A stretch of 63,108 nt of DNA, filler included, from Reclinomonas americana ATCC 50394 (GCA_048213135.1; 19 parts of 19 records of this genome joined end to end with filler, not necessarily neighbours in it), one strand, 5' to 3'; positions 43,686-55,504 are shown, counted from the whole stretch's first letter. Notes: generated by a model from the sequence alone, not told the origin. A program made the numbers and translations.

Positions 43686-44665
43686 GCGTCGAGCGTCTGC
43701 CAGATACGCCTGAGGCCAAGCAAGAGTGGGACACTTTCCTGCGCCGGTGCCCGGCCGGGACTGTATTTATGACCACGGCCTATCTCGACGGGCTGGGCGT
43801 CGGTTACGATCTGCATGTGGTACGCGCCGAGGGGCGTATCGTGGCCGGCCTGCCTTTGACGAGGGGGATCGGGGGTCTTCGGACCAATCCGCTCTATTGC
43901 AAATATCTCGGTCTCGCATGGGAGGGACCGCTCAAGGCGGATTTCAGCGACTATTATGCCCATGTCGAGACGCTTGCTGCGCTGGTCAAGGCGACGAAGT
44001 CGTTCGACTATACCTTCCATCCGTCTGTGCCGAGCTGGATGCCGTTTCACTGGCTCGGCCTGCATGAGCAGACGGCCTATACATATGTGATCCCGGCCGC
44101 AGCGAAGGACAGCTGGTGGGATGCTGCCGATTCCCGCATTCGCAGGGCCGCTCGGCGCGGCCTGAAAGGCGGAGTGACGATCCGCGAGGGCAGCGCAGGC
44201 TCTGCAGCCGACGTGGCCAGCTGCTACAAGCTGGCCAATATGCCATTCACTAGTCGCGGCGCACGGCCGCTTATGTCTGAAGAGCGTTTCTGCCGTCTCG
44301 TGGCTGCCTTGGCAGCGCACGACATGGTGCGGATTTGGTTCGCCGAGGAGACCGGCAAGGGGGCGACATCGGCGGCGGCCGTTCTCTATGACTGGCAGGC
44401 GGCCTATTTCGTCTTCAACGGTTCATCGCCGCACGCCGAGGCTGGGTCGAATGCCTCGCTCCTGGCGCAGATCATTCAGGACGCGTTGAACCGCGGTCTC
44501 GACTTCGACTTCGAAGGATCGATGATCAAGCCGGTGGAGACGTTCTATCGTCGCTTCGGGGGCGAACTGCGTCCCTATTCGCGCATCTACCAGCCGAGCT
44601 TCGTCAATTTCTGCAAGCGCACTGCGATCCAGGCGGTGCGGCGCTTCGGTGGCTACTCGCGCTGA
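43682..44665 (+). CDS. FemAB-like double GNAT-fold acyltransferase
   Basis: EWDTFL..GTVF, PFHWLG..YTY, IRRAARRG, FDFEGSMIKPVETFYRRFGG. Confidence 0.85.
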   Translation: MSVERLPDTPEAKQEWDTFLRRCPAGTVFMTTAYLDGLGVGYDLHVVRAEGRIVAGLPLTRGIGGLRTNPLYCKYLGLAWEGPLKADFSDYYAHVETLAALVKATKSFDYTFHPSVPSWMPFHWLGLHEQTAYTYVIPAAAKDSWWDAADSRIRRAARRGLKGGVTIREGSAGSAADVASCYKLANMPFTSRGARPLMSEERFCRLVAALAAHDMVRIWFAEETGKGATSAAAVLYDWQAAYFVFNGSSPHAEAGSNASLLAQIIQDALNRGLDFDFEGSMIKPVETFYRRFGGELRPYSRIYQPSFVNFCKRTAIQAVRRFGGYSR

Positions 44666-44677
44666 AACCGGCCTGTT

Positions 44678-45463
44678 TCAGCCCGGGCCGGCTTGGGCCG
44701 GGGCCTTGCGCACCAGCTTCAGCCCGCGCTTGACGCTGTTGGCGGCGAAATCGAAGGCCCATTGCCGCGCCCAGGGCAGGGCCGAGTCGTTCCAACGTTC
44801 CGGGTGGACGCCGATATGAACGCGTTCATAGCGGCCGGTACGCAGGAAGGCGGCGAGGTCGTCGGAGGAGTGGACGTCGTCGATGCGGTCCTCGCCGCGT
44901 AGATAATCGCGCAGATTGGCGCCGGTCTGGCCGAAAGTGCGCCCGGCATCGGTGAACGACGCGAAGCCCTTGAAATCGAGCGATTCGATCGCGTCGATCA
45001 CGCCCCAGTCGCGGAAATCACAGTGTTTCCAGATGGACAGGTTGCTCTCGCGCGAGAGCGGGCTGCCATGCATCGCGATCGAAGAGACCGGCGCGAATTC
45101 GCGCAACCGCTTCAGGTTCGTGTCGAACCTCTCGATCGCGCGTGCCTTGTCGAAGCGTGCGAGCGACCAGTCCTCATAGTGATAGCCGATCTCATGGCCG
45201 AGATCGCGGATGCCGGTGATCACCTCGGGCACGAAGGAGCAGGGCAGAGAGCGGAAGTAATAGGAGGTGCGGACGCCTCGGGCGTGCTCGTTGCGCGCCA
45301 TCTCCAGCGCATTCCAGGGCTGCCGATCGACATCGTGGCGCACGAGCAGGACGCGGCCCTGCTTGACGGGATCGTCGTACCAGTCGCGGATCGAGCAGAC
45401 CCGATAGCCGGCGCCGAGCGCCGCTTCGATGATCGAGACGTATTTGGCTTGGGTGAAGTCCAT
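44678..45463 (-). CDS. Polysaccharide deacetylase-like protein (WbmS-like)
   Basis: RHDVD..TSYYFR..LGHEIGYHYE..AMHG..HPERW. Confidence 0.75.
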   Translation of the reverse strand: MDFTQAKYVSIIEAALGAGYRVCSIRDWYDDPVKQGRVLLVRHDVDRQPWNALEMARNEHARGVRTSYYFRSLPCSFVPEVITGIRDLGHEIGYHYEDWSLARFDKARAIERFDTNLKRLREFAPVSSIAMHGSPLSRESNLSIWKHCDFRDWGVIDAIESLDFKGFASFTDAGRTFGQTGANLRDYLRGEDRIDDVHSSDDLAAFLRTGRYERVHIGVHPERWNDSALPWARQWAFDFAANSVKRGLKLVRKAPAQAGPG

Positions 45464-45495
45464 GTCGTTCTTTCCCGGGTGGGACGGTGAGGCCG

Positions 45496-46883
45496 TCAGC
45501 GGGTGGCGGCCTGCGGGTCGGGATAAATCGTCCAGTCGAGCCTGGGGCGGACCATGCCGCCGATCGGCCCAAGATAATCGCCGCGCGCGCTGTCGCCCGC
45601 CGCCTGGTCGCCGACGAACAATGTCAGCGCCTCCCGGCTCTCGGCCAGCCGTTCATGTCGCTCGAAAGAGAGGACCCGGACCGTGAGGTGATGGACGCCT
45701 TCGTTGAGCAGGTCGCCCGGAACGGTGACGCGGCCGACATAGGCGCCCGGCGCCGAGGCGGCGGTGGCCTGCTGCGACTGGCGCACGCCGGTGACCAGGA
45801 TCTCCTGGTGGTTGGCATCGATCAGGCTGATCTCGGGTGCGACCTGCAGACCGTCGGCCAGCACCTCGTAACGCAGCTCGAGGGTGACGGGATCCCGCAC
45901 GTCGAACTGGGTCGTCGGCTCGCCATCCGCCTTGAGCGCCCGCAGGTTGACCAGCCGCACCGGGTCCTTGGCATCTTTCGGGCGGTAGTTCTCGTAATCC
46001 TCGCCCGTCCGNNNNNNNNNNNNNNNNNNNNNNNNNNNNNNNNNNNNNNNNNNNNTTAATTAATTAANNNNNNNNNNNNNNNNNNNNNNNNNNNNNNNNN
46101 NNNNNNNNNNNATGTTCATCTGCTTGGCGCCATAGGCGGCGGCGACGTCGGAGATGGCGCCGTCCATCTACCACCTTGCCCTGGTTCGAGCCAGATGCCG
46201 CGCGTGCACAGGCGCAGCACCTGCGGCATCGAATGCGAGACGAAGATCACGGTGCTGCCCTGTTCGCCGAGGCTGCTCATCTTCTGCAGGCAGGCGCGCT
46301 GGAACTTGGCGTCTCCTACCGCCAGCACCTCGTCGGCAATCAGGATGTCGGGTTCCATGAAAGCGGCGATCGAGAAGGCGAGGCGAGCCTTCATCCCAGT
46401 CGAATAGAACTTCAGCGGCGTATCGATCGCCTCCTCCAGCTCCGCGAAGGCGACGATCTCGTCGAACTTTCGCTTGATGAAGCGGCTGTCCATCCCCATC
46501 ACCGCGGCATTGACCGTGGCGTTCTCGCGCCCCGTCAGGTCGGTGTTGAAGCCGGTGCCGACCTCGAGCATCGCCGCCATGCGGCCACGATACCAGGCGC
46601 GGCCCCGGGTCGGCCGGACGACGCGGGCGAGGATCTTGAGCAGGGTCGACTTGCCGGCGCCATTGCCGCCGATGACGGCGAGCCGCTCGCCGGGGCCGAC
46701 CTCGAAGGAGATATCGCGCAGTGCCCAGAAAGGCTCGCCGAAGCGCGAGAAGAAAGAGGGCTGGTCGATCTGCCCTTCGGCGCGGCCTGCCTCCACTAGA
46801 GCGCGCAGGGCAATATAGCCGGTCTGCGCGCCGTGGTAATGGCGCTTGGACAGGCCCTCGACGGCGAGGATCGGTCGGGTCAT
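45496..46883 (-). CDS. wzt: Polysaccharide ABC exporter ATPase with C-terminal carbohydrate-binding domain (Wzt), interrupted by a gap
   Basis: FWALRDISF, Walker A GGNGAGKST, YSTGMKARLAFS, DEVLAVGD; Ig-like Wzt_C segment at 45496-46011. Confidence 0.92.
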
Positions 46884-46898
46884 GCCGCTTGCCCCCAG

Positions 46899-47741
46899 CT
46901 AGAGGAAATCGATCAGCACGCGGTCGAGCGCGCGGAAGAAGCGGATGCCGATCACGCAGCTGACCAGGGTCGAGCCGAGCGATACCCAGATCCAGAACGG
47001 ATCGCAGGTCATCTGGCCGAGCACGCTGGCGCGGAACAGCTCAATGACCCAGAGCGCCGGGTTGAGCGCCAGCACCGGCTGGAACAGTGCCGGTACCTTG
47101 TCGAAGGGATAGTAGACGGGGGTCAGGAAGAGCAGGAACTGTAGGATCAGGTTGGTCAATTCGCGGAAGTCGCGGAACAGGCCCGTCAGTGGCGCCAGGA
47201 ACAGCGAATAGGCGAGCACGCTGAGCGGTGTCGCCAGCGCGATGAAGGGGGCGAGTACGATTGTCCAGCCCGGTGTGAAGCCACTGACCAGCAGATAGAC
47301 CACCAGCACGATGAAGCTGACCATGAAGTCGACATATGTCGAGAACGTGCCGGCCAGCACGGGGATGAAGTGCGGGACGTGGACCTTGCTGATCGTGTCG
47401 CTCTCCTTGAGCAGCGACATCGCCGAATTGCTCAGCGCATAGTTGAAGTAGAACCAGATGATGCTGCCGACGAAGCCGAAGACGAAGATCGGGATCTCGC
47501 CGGTCGAGAGATTGGCGACGCTGCCGAGCACGAAGGCCATGATCACGGCCGAGAGCAGGGGGCGCAGGATGACGATACCGAAGCTCAGCACCGTCTGCTT
47601 GTAGCGCAGCTTGACGTCCCGGACAGTCAGCGCCCAGGTGAGGAACCGCCAGTTCCAGAGCGTCCGAAAGGATCCGAAGGCGGTGTCTGTGGCGGAGGTG
47701 ATGTCCACGGCATCGTCGGATAGCGGCCGATTCGCTGTCAC
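46899..47741 (-). CDS. wzm: Polysaccharide ABC exporter permease (Wzm)
   Basis: RDVKLRYKQTVL..FRDF..FLTPVYYP..LNP..FR. Confidence 0.93.
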   Translation of the reverse strand: MTANRPLSDDAVDITSATDTAFGSFRTLWNWRFLTWALTVRDVKLRYKQTVLSFGIVILRPLLSAVIMAFVLGSVANLSTGEIPIFVFGFVGSIIWFYFNYALSNSAMSLLKESDTISKVHVPHFIPVLAGTFSTYVDFMVSFIVLVVYLLVSGFTPGWTIVLAPFIALATPLSVLAYSLFLAPLTGLFRDFRELTNLILQFLLFLTPVYYPFDKVPALFQPVLALNPALWVIELFRASVLGQMTCDPFWIWVSLGSTLVSCVIGIRFFRALDRVLIDFL

Positions 47742-47996
47742 TGATCCTCGCTTGCACTACCGTCGAATGGGGCCGCCCAAAGTTCTCCTGCGGCGCGGCA
47801 TTGCACATCAGACCGTTCTTCTCCTGTCAATGACGAGTTGGACGTGCGGACAAAACTGTGCGTGATCGTCTCGCAAGGTAAGTATCGCGCTTGCTTAAGA
47901 CGGTGCTGATCGTGTAGACGGGCGACGCCCGGGAGGCCTCGCCTTCTGGGCGCTTCTGTTTCTACCGCGCCAGGATGTTCAGTTCGGATCCTTCCA

Positions 47997-48977
47997 ATGC
48001 ATGACGTTTCAGCCGAAGACATGGAGAAGATCCGCCAGGCCATTGTCGTCGCGGTGGTGCCGGCGCACAATGAAGAGCGCAACATCGTCCACGTCATTGA
48101 GACGATGCCGGACTACGTCGACCACATCGTCATCGTCGATGACAAGAGTGGCGACGCGACCGCCGAGCGAGTCCGCGCAGCACAGGCCGATCATCCCCGC
48201 GTCGTATTGATCCAGCATGCGGAGAACCAAGGCGTCGGCGGGGCGATCGCCTCGGGCTATGAATGGGCGCGCGACAACAACGCCGATGTCGCGGTCGTGA
48301 TGGCGGGCGATGGCCAGATGGATCCGGCCGATCTGCCGCGCCTGCTCGCGCCCGTCGTCGTCGACGATGTCGATTATGCCAAGGGCAACCGCTTCCTCTT
48401 CCCCGGCGGCGTCGCGCTCATCCCGAAGGTCCGTTTCTTCGGCAATGCCTGCCTGTCCTTCCTGACCAAGGTCGGCTCGGGTTACTGGCATGTCTCCGAC
48501 ACGCAGTGCGGCTATACCGCGATCGGCCGGAACGCGCTGAAGGCGATCGACTGGCAGAAGATGTACAGGCGCTATGGCCAGCCCAACGATCTGCTGGTCT
48601 CGCTCAACATCAACAACATGTCGGTGCGCGACGTGCCGGTGAAGCCGCTCTACCAGGTCGGCGAGGTCAGCGGCATCAAGATCCGCCGCGTCATCTTCAC
48701 GATCAGCAGCCTGCTGCTGCGGCGTTTCCGCGAGCGCATGTTCCTGAAGTACATCGTGATGGACTTCCATCCGCTGGTGCTGTTCTACATGATCGGGTTG
48801 CTGCTTGCCGCCGTCAGCGCCGTCCTGTTCGGCCGCATCATCTGGCTTTGGGCGGACGAAGGCAGCGCGCCGGCTCTCAGCGCCATCGCCTTCATGTTCG
48901 CCAGCACCACGAGCCTGCAGAGTTTTTTCTTCGGCATGTGGATGGACATGGAAGCGAACAAGTCGCTGCGCGGCTAA
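47997..48977 (+). CDS. Glycosyltransferase family 2 (DPM-synthase/GtrB-like, two C-terminal TM helices)
   Basis: VVPAHNEE, VDDKSGD, NQGVGGA, MAGDGQMDP, DTQCGY. Confidence 0.92.
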   Translation: MHDVSAEDMEKIRQAIVVAVVPAHNEERNIVHVIETMPDYVDHIVIVDDKSGDATAERVRAAQADHPRVVLIQHAENQGVGGAIASGYEWARDNNADVAVVMAGDGQMDPADLPRLLAPVVVDDVDYAKGNRFLFPGGVALIPKVRFFGNACLSFLTKVGSGYWHVSDTQCGYTAIGRNALKAIDWQKMYRRYGQPNDLLVSLNINNMSVRDVPVKPLYQVGEVSGIKIRRVIFTISSLLLRRFRERMFLKYIVMDFHPLVLFYMIGLLLAAVSAVLFGRIIWLWADEGSAPALSAIAFMFASTTSLQSFFFGMWMDMEANKSLRG

Positions 48978-49020
48978 AGGCGCAGGCCAAGCCGTTCGGG
49001 GAAGCGCTCGGCCGCCGCGG

Positions 49021-50012
49021 TCAGGTGCGGGAGCCTTGGCGGTCCAGCAAGGCTGCGCAGGCCTCGACCAGGACCCGGCCTTCGCTGGTCCAGTTGAGTT
49101 CCCTCGCGGCGGCCAGGGCGTTGGCCTGGTAGCGGGCGATGCCGGCGGTGTCGAGCCGGTTGACCGCTGCGGCGACGGCTTCGGGCGTATCGCCGTTGAT
49201 CAGCACGCCGAGATCGTGCTCGCGTACCGTGGCGGCCATTTCCGGCTGGGCTGAGACGCAGAGCGCGAGGCCAGCCATGATATATTCGAACAGCTTATTC
49301 GGTAGGGCGAGCCGGTTCTGCGGCGACGATCCCGGCAGGCAGAATAGGCCGACGTCGAAGGCCGCCGCCTCCCTGACGAGCTCCGTCACCGGAACGGGCT
49401 CGACCAGGCTTACGCGGTCCGCGACGCCCGCGGCGGCGATCTCCCGTTCCAGCTCGGCGCGATAACCTGGAGTAACGGGGCCGCGGATCGTCAGGGTATA
49501 GCCGTCGCGCCAGCGCGCGACCGAGCGGATGCAGATGTCGAGCCCCCGGCCGGGCGAGACCACGCCATGATAGAGCACCCTGGCCGGCTGGCCCGGCAGG
49601 TGGGAAGGGGCCGGCGTCCAGGAGGGCAGGTTGCGGATCACCATCGGGGTGTCGGCGAGCCCGTACTCCCGCTGGAGTTCGGTGGCGATACCGGACGAGA
49701 CGCAGGTCACCAGCCCGGCTTCGCGGATGCAGCCTCCCTCGACCGCGGTCACCAGCGGGCGGTGCAGCAGGCGCCAGCGCAGGTTGTCGCCGTATTCGTT
49801 GCTCGCCAGCTCATGTGTATCGTAGACCACGGCGGCGCTCTGCCGCCGTGCGAGCTCGAGTGCGATCGGCAGCGTCTGCCAGTCATTGGCGAGCCAGATG
49901 TCGCGGCGTCGCACCGAGGCGCGGGCGAGCAGTGCCTCGAAGCGCGAATCCAGGCGCCAGTAGATCTGCGGCCAGGCTGTCACGCCAAGCGACAGGCCCG
50001 CGAGGCCGACGA
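49021..50012 (-). CDS. Glycosyltransferase family 4, N-terminus missing
   Basis: ANDW, YDTHE, LPNKLFEYIMAGL, LNW. Confidence 0.9.
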
Positions 50013-50112
50013 NNNNNNNNNNNNNNNNNNNNNNNNNNNNNNNNNNNNNNNNNNNNTTAATTAATTAANNNNNNNNNNNNNNNNNNNNNNNNNNNNNNNN
50101 NNNNNNNNNNNN

Positions 50113-50145
50113 CTGCTGTACGGCCAAGCGGATGTACGGTACAGC
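50113..50145. other. Second mate-pair adaptor remnant (one G missing)
   Basis: CTGCTGTACGGCCAAGCGGATGTACGGTACAGC at the contig start. Confidence 0.88.
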
Positions 50146-50562
50146 TCGAAAGCGCGCGGCTTGAGCTCGTGCTTGCGGGCGGTCTCGAGCGCGGTCGGCG
50201 ATCGCGTTCGGGTCGAGGTTGTAGGTGGCTTCGTCGATCTCGGCGAAGACCGGCGTCGCGCCCATCCAGGCGACGACCTCGGCGGTGGCGGCGAAGGTGA
50301 AGCTCGGGCAGAGCACGGCGTCGCCCGGGCCGATGCCGAGCGCTTCCAGCACCAGGATCAGCGCGTCGGTGCCGTTGGCGACGCCGATCGCGTGCTTGGC
50401 GCCGCAAAAGGCGGCGAGCCCGGCCTCGAACTCACCCACCTGCTCACCGAGGATGTAGTTGCCGTCGTGGACGACCTTCAGGATGGCCTCGTCCATCGCC
50501 TTGCCGATGCGCTGGCGCTGGGCCTTGAGGTCGATGAACTCGATCGCGGGACGCTCGCTCAT
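50146..50562 (-). CDS. wbpE: DegT/DnrJ aminotransferase (WbpE-like), N-terminal part
   Basis: IEFIDLKAQ..YILG..VANGTDAL..PSFTFAATAE. Confidence 0.88.
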
Positions 50563-51161
50563 CAGACGATCTCCTCCAGGGTATCGGGCCCGGTCTCGCG
50601 ATAGCGCCGACCAGTTTCGGGGCAAGTGAGGTCGGGGCCGAGCTTGGCGCCGTTATGGCTCATCCAGCCGATGCGGCGGGCCGGCACGCCGGCCATCAGG
50701 GCGAAGTCGGGCACATCCTTGGCCACCACCGCGCCGGCGGCGATGAAGCAATAGGCGCCGAGCGTGTGGCCGCAGACGATGGTGGCGTTGGCGCCGATGC
50801 TGGCGCCGGTCTTGACCAGGGTCTTCCGGAACTCCGACTTGCGGTTCAGGAAGGCGCGCGGGTTGTTGACGTTGGTGAAGACGCAGGACGGGCCGCAGAA
50901 GACGCCGTCCTCGAGCACGACGCCGTCATAGAGCGCGACATTGTTCTGGACCTTGCAGCCATCGCCCATGCTGACGCGTGGACCGACCATGACGTTCTGG
51001 CCGAGGACGCAATCCTTGCCGATCTGCGTCTGGCCGAGGACGTGGACAAAGTGCCAGATCTTGCTGCCGGCGCCGATGGTCACGCCGTCGTCGACATAGG
51101 CGCTCTCATGGATGGCCACGCCCGGAAAGCGCGGATCGTCACGCATCTGCGACGCGGCCAT
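50562..51161 (-). CDS. wbpD: Hexapeptide-repeat N-acetyltransferase (WbpD/WlbB-like)
   Basis: [39 protein letters not shown]. Confidence 0.92.
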   Translation of the reverse strand: MAASQMRDDPRFPGVAIHESAYVDDGVTIGAGSKIWHFVHVLGQTQIGKDCVLGQNVMVGPRVSMGDGCKVQNNVALYDGVVLEDGVFCGPSCVFTNVNNPRAFLNRKSEFRKTLVKTGASIGANATIVCGHTLGAYCFIAAGAVVAKDVPDFALMAGVPARRIGWMSHNGAKLGPDLTCPETGRRYRETGPDTLEEIV

Positions 51162-51167
51162 CGCGGC

Positions 51168-52163
<996 letters not shown>

Positions 52164-52166
52164 CTA

Positions 52167-53507
52167 TCAGGCCTTGAAGACGTTGTCCGCCTTGATGCCG
52201 GCGCGGGCGCAGGCATTGCGGGTGTCGACCACCAGCTTCGAGCCGGCGACGATCGCAGGATAGTCGACGTCGTCATGGTCGGTCGCGATCAGCACGGCGT
52301 CGAAGCCGGCGAGCGAGGCCTTGTCGACCGGGGCGCTCTTGCGGCCGGTCAGCTCGGCATGCTCGCGCGTCGGCGGGATGACAGGGATGAAGGGATCGTG
52401 GAACTCGACATGGGCGCCGCGCTTCTCGATCAGCTCGATCAGCTTGAGCGAGGGGCTCTCGCGCATGTCGTCGATGTTCTTCTTGTAGGCGATGCCGAGC
52501 ACCAGGATCTTGGCATCGCTGAGATTCTTGTGGCCCTTGGAGTCGAGCAGCTCGGCGAGCTTGTCGACCACGCGATAGGGCATGCGCGTATTGATCTCGC
52601 CGGCGAGCTCGATGAAGCGCGTGGCGACGTCGTATTCGCGCGCCTTCCAGGTCAGATAGAACGGATCGATCGGGATGCAGTGGCCGCCGAGGCCGGGACC
52701 CGGATAGAACGGCATGAAGCCGAAGGGCTTGGTCTTGGCGGCGTCGATCACCTCCCACACGTCGACGCCCATGGCCTCGTAGACGACCTTGAGCTCGTTC
52801 ACGAGGGCGATGTTGACGGCGCGGAAGATGTTCTCGGTCAGCTTGACCGCCTCGGCCGTCGCGGTCGAGGAGACCGGGACCGCCTTGACGACGAGCGTGC
52901 CATAAAGCGCAAGCGACATGGCGAGCGCATCGGCGCCATCGCCGCCGACGACCTTGGGAATGGTCGAGGTGCCGAAATCGGGATTGCCCGGGTCCTCGCG
53001 CTCCGGGGAGAAGGCGAGGAAGAACTCCTCGGCGCTCTTCAGGCCGGTCGCCTTCTCCAGGATCGGGCGCATGACTTCGTCGGTGGTACCGGGATAGGTC
53101 GTCGATTCCAGCACGACGAGCTGGTCCTTGCGCAGGCGCTTGCCGATCGCCTCGGTGGTCTTCACGACATAGGACAGGTCGGGCTCGCGATACTTCGTCA
53201 GCGGCGTCGGCACGGCGATCAGCAGCGCGTCGGGCTCGGCCATGCGATCGAAGTCGGTGGTGGCGACGAACTTGCCGGACTTGGCGTTCTCGACGATCAG
53301 GTCCATCGGGATGTGCTTGATCGCGCTGCGGCCGGCATTGAGGTCGTCGACGCGCTTCTGGTCGATGTCGAAGCCGATCACCTTGATGCCCTGGCGCAGG
53401 GCCGCGAGCGCGAGTGGAATGCCGACATAACCGAGACCGACGATGCCGATGACGATGGAGCGGTCGTTGACGCGATCGATGAATCGCTGCGCGGCTGGCG
53501 AAGTCAC
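52167..53507 (-). CDS. wbpA: UDP-N-acetylglucosamine 6-dehydrogenase (WbpA)
   Basis: GIVGLGYVG, ESTTYPGTT, SPEREDPGN, GPGLGGHCIPIDPFYL, AYKKNIDDMRESP. Confidence 0.92.
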   Translation of the reverse strand: MTSPAAQRFIDRVNDRSIVIGIVGLGYVGIPLALAALRQGIKVIGFDIDQKRVDDLNAGRSAIKHIPMDLIVENAKSGKFVATTDFDRMAEPDALLIAVPTPLTKYREPDLSYVVKTTEAIGKRLRKDQLVVLESTTYPGTTDEVMRPILEKATGLKSAEEFFLAFSPEREDPGNPDFGTSTIPKVVGGDGADALAMSLALYGTLVVKAVPVSSTATAEAVKLTENIFRAVNIALVNELKVVYEAMGVDVWEVIDAAKTKPFGFMPFYPGPGLGGHCIPIDPFYLTWKAREYDVATRFIELAGEINTRMPYRVVDKLAELLDSKGHKNLSDAKILVLGIAYKKNIDDMRESPSLKLIELIEKRGAHVEFHDPFIPVIPPTREHAELTGRKSAPVDKASLAGFDAVLIATDHDDVDYPAIVAGSKLVVDTRNACARAGIKADNVFKA

Positions 53508-53773
53508 AGGGCACTCCGGGAATTACGGCAAGAAGGGCCAGCGGCCCTATTTCTTTGGCGTGCTTCTTCCAGACTTGCGAAAGCGCGTCAACATGCGTGG
53601 ACGCATCGTTGGGGGTGAACTTTCGCCAAAGTTGTGCGCTTTCAGCACCGGGTCGAGCCGCTGGCCCTGATCTTGGCAGGGCAAGCGCGAAACGGCCGCT
53701 GATCTCAGCTGAGACCGGGTGCCGGCGACATTCCGTTAAGTCATGAGATCTCGCGAGAGGCGGGCGCCGCGGT

Positions 53774-55504
53774 TCAGTGAATCTCCGGTTCGGCCACCTT
53801 CGCCGTGCCGGCGAGATAGTCGAAATCGCAGCCCTTGTCGGCCTGCTGGATATGGGCGGCCGACATCTTGCCCCAGCCGCGCGGATAGTCGCGGTCGGGC
53901 GGCGACCAGGTCTTCAGGCGCTCGGCGATCTCGGCGTCCGACAGGTTCACCGAGATGCTGCGCGCCTCGACATCGACGCTGATGATGTCGCCGGTCCTGA
54001 CCGCCGCGAGCGGGCCCTTGATATAGGCCTCGGGCGCGATGTGGAGGACGCAGGCGCCGTAGCTGGTGCCGGACATGCGGGCATCGGAGAGCCGCAGCAT
54101 GTCGCGCACGCCCTGCTTCAGCAGCTTCTTCGGGATCGGCAGCATGCCCCATTCCGGCATGCCGGGGCCGCCGACCGGGCCGCAATTCTTCAGGACCATG
54201 ACATGGTCGGCGGTGACCTCGAGGGTCTCGTCGTTCACCGCCTTCATCATCGCATCATAGTCCTCGAAGACGAGGGCCGGGCCGGAATGCCTGAGCAGGC
54301 GCTCCTCGGCGGCGGACGGCTTGATGACGCAACCGCCGGGGGCGAGGTTGCCCTTCAGGACGGCAAGGCCGTTGGCGGTCGAGACCGGCCTGTCGAGTGG
54401 GCGGATGACGTTGTCGTCATAGACCTTGGCGAGCGCGATCGTCTCGGCGAGCGGCTTGCCGGTCACGGTCATCGCGCCGGTGTGGAGCTTGCTCTCGAGC
54501 TGCTTCAGCAAAGCCGGCAGGCCGCCGGCATAGAAGAAGTCCTCCATCAGGAAGTCGCCTGAGGGGCGCAGGTTGGCGATCACCGGGACCTTGCGCGAGA
54601 ATGCGTCGAAATCGTCGGGGGTAAGCGGCACGCCGGCGCGGCCGGCCATGGCGACGAGATGGATGATCGCATTGGTCGAGCCGGCGACCGCCATGTGGAC
54701 GGTGAGCGCGTTCTCGAAGCTCTCGCGGGTGAGGATGCGGTCGGGCGTCAGGTCTTCCCAGACCATTTCGACGATGCGCTTGCCAGAGGCGGCGGCCATG
54801 CGCGGATGAGCGGCGTCGGCGGCAGGGATGGCGGAGGCGCCTGGCAAAGTAAGGCCCAGCACCTCGGCATGGCTCATCATGGTCGCGGCCGTGCCCATCA
54901 CCATGCAGGTGCCGTGCGAGCGGGCGATGCCGCTCTCCATGTCGCGCCATTGCGCATCGGAGATGTTGCCGGCCTCCTTCTCGGCCCAATACTTCCAGAC
55001 ATCGGCGCCGGAGCCGAGCGTCTTGCCGGCCCAGTTGCCGCGCAGCATCGGTCCGGCCGGCACGAAGATGAAGGGCAGGCCGGCGCTGCAGGCGCCCATG
55101 ATCAAAGCCGGCGTGGACTTGTCGCAGCCGCCCAGCAGCACCGCGCCATCGAGCGGGTGGGAGCGGATCGATTCCTCCGCCTCCATCGCCAGGAAGTTGC
55201 GATAGAGCATGGTCGTCGGCTTCTGGTACTGCTCGGAAGCCGACATCACCGGGATCTCGACCGGGAAGCCGCCTGCTGCCCAGACCGCGCGCTTCACCGC
55301 CTCGGCGCGGTCGCGTAGATGGGTGTGGCAGGGGTTGATCTCGGACCAGGTGTTGAGGATGCCGATCACCGGCTTGCCCATGAACTCGTCATGGTTGAGC
55401 CCCATCTGCAGCGCCCGCGAGCGATGCCCGAAGGAGCGCAGGTCGCTGGCGCCGAACCAGCGCTTCGAGCGCAACGTGTCGGGCGTCTTGCGGGGATGGG
55501 ACAT
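53774..55504 (-). CDS. IlvD/Edd-family sugar-acid dehydratase (L-arabinonate dehydratase-like)
   Basis: NPCH, MLYRN, GGCDKSTP, GTCMVMGTA, GGPGMPEWG, SDARMSGTSYG. Confidence 0.92.
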   Translation of the reverse strand: MSHPRKTPDTLRSKRWFGASDLRSFGHRSRALQMGLNHDEFMGKPVIGILNTWSEINPCHTHLRDRAEAVKRAVWAAGGFPVEIPVMSASEQYQKPTTMLYRNFLAMEAEESIRSHPLDGAVLLGGCDKSTPALIMGACSAGLPFIFVPAGPMLRGNWAGKTLGSGADVWKYWAEKEAGNISDAQWRDMESGIARSHGTCMVMGTAATMMSHAEVLGLTLPGASAIPAADAAHPRMAAASGKRIVEMVWEDLTPDRILTRESFENALTVHMAVAGSTNAIIHLVAMAGRAGVPLTPDDFDAFSRKVPVIANLRPSGDFLMEDFFYAGGLPALLKQLESKLHTGAMTVTGKPLAETIALAKVYDDNVIRPLDRPVSTANGLAVLKGNLAPGGCVIKPSAAEERLLRHSGPALVFEDYDAMMKAVNDETLEVTADHVMVLKNCGPVGGPGMPEWGMLPIPKKLLKQGVRDMLRLSDARMSGTSYGACVLHIAPEAYIKGPLAAVRTGDIISVDVEARSISVNLSDAEIAERLKTWSPPDRDYPRGWGKMSAAHIQQADKGCDFDYLAGTAKVAEPEIH

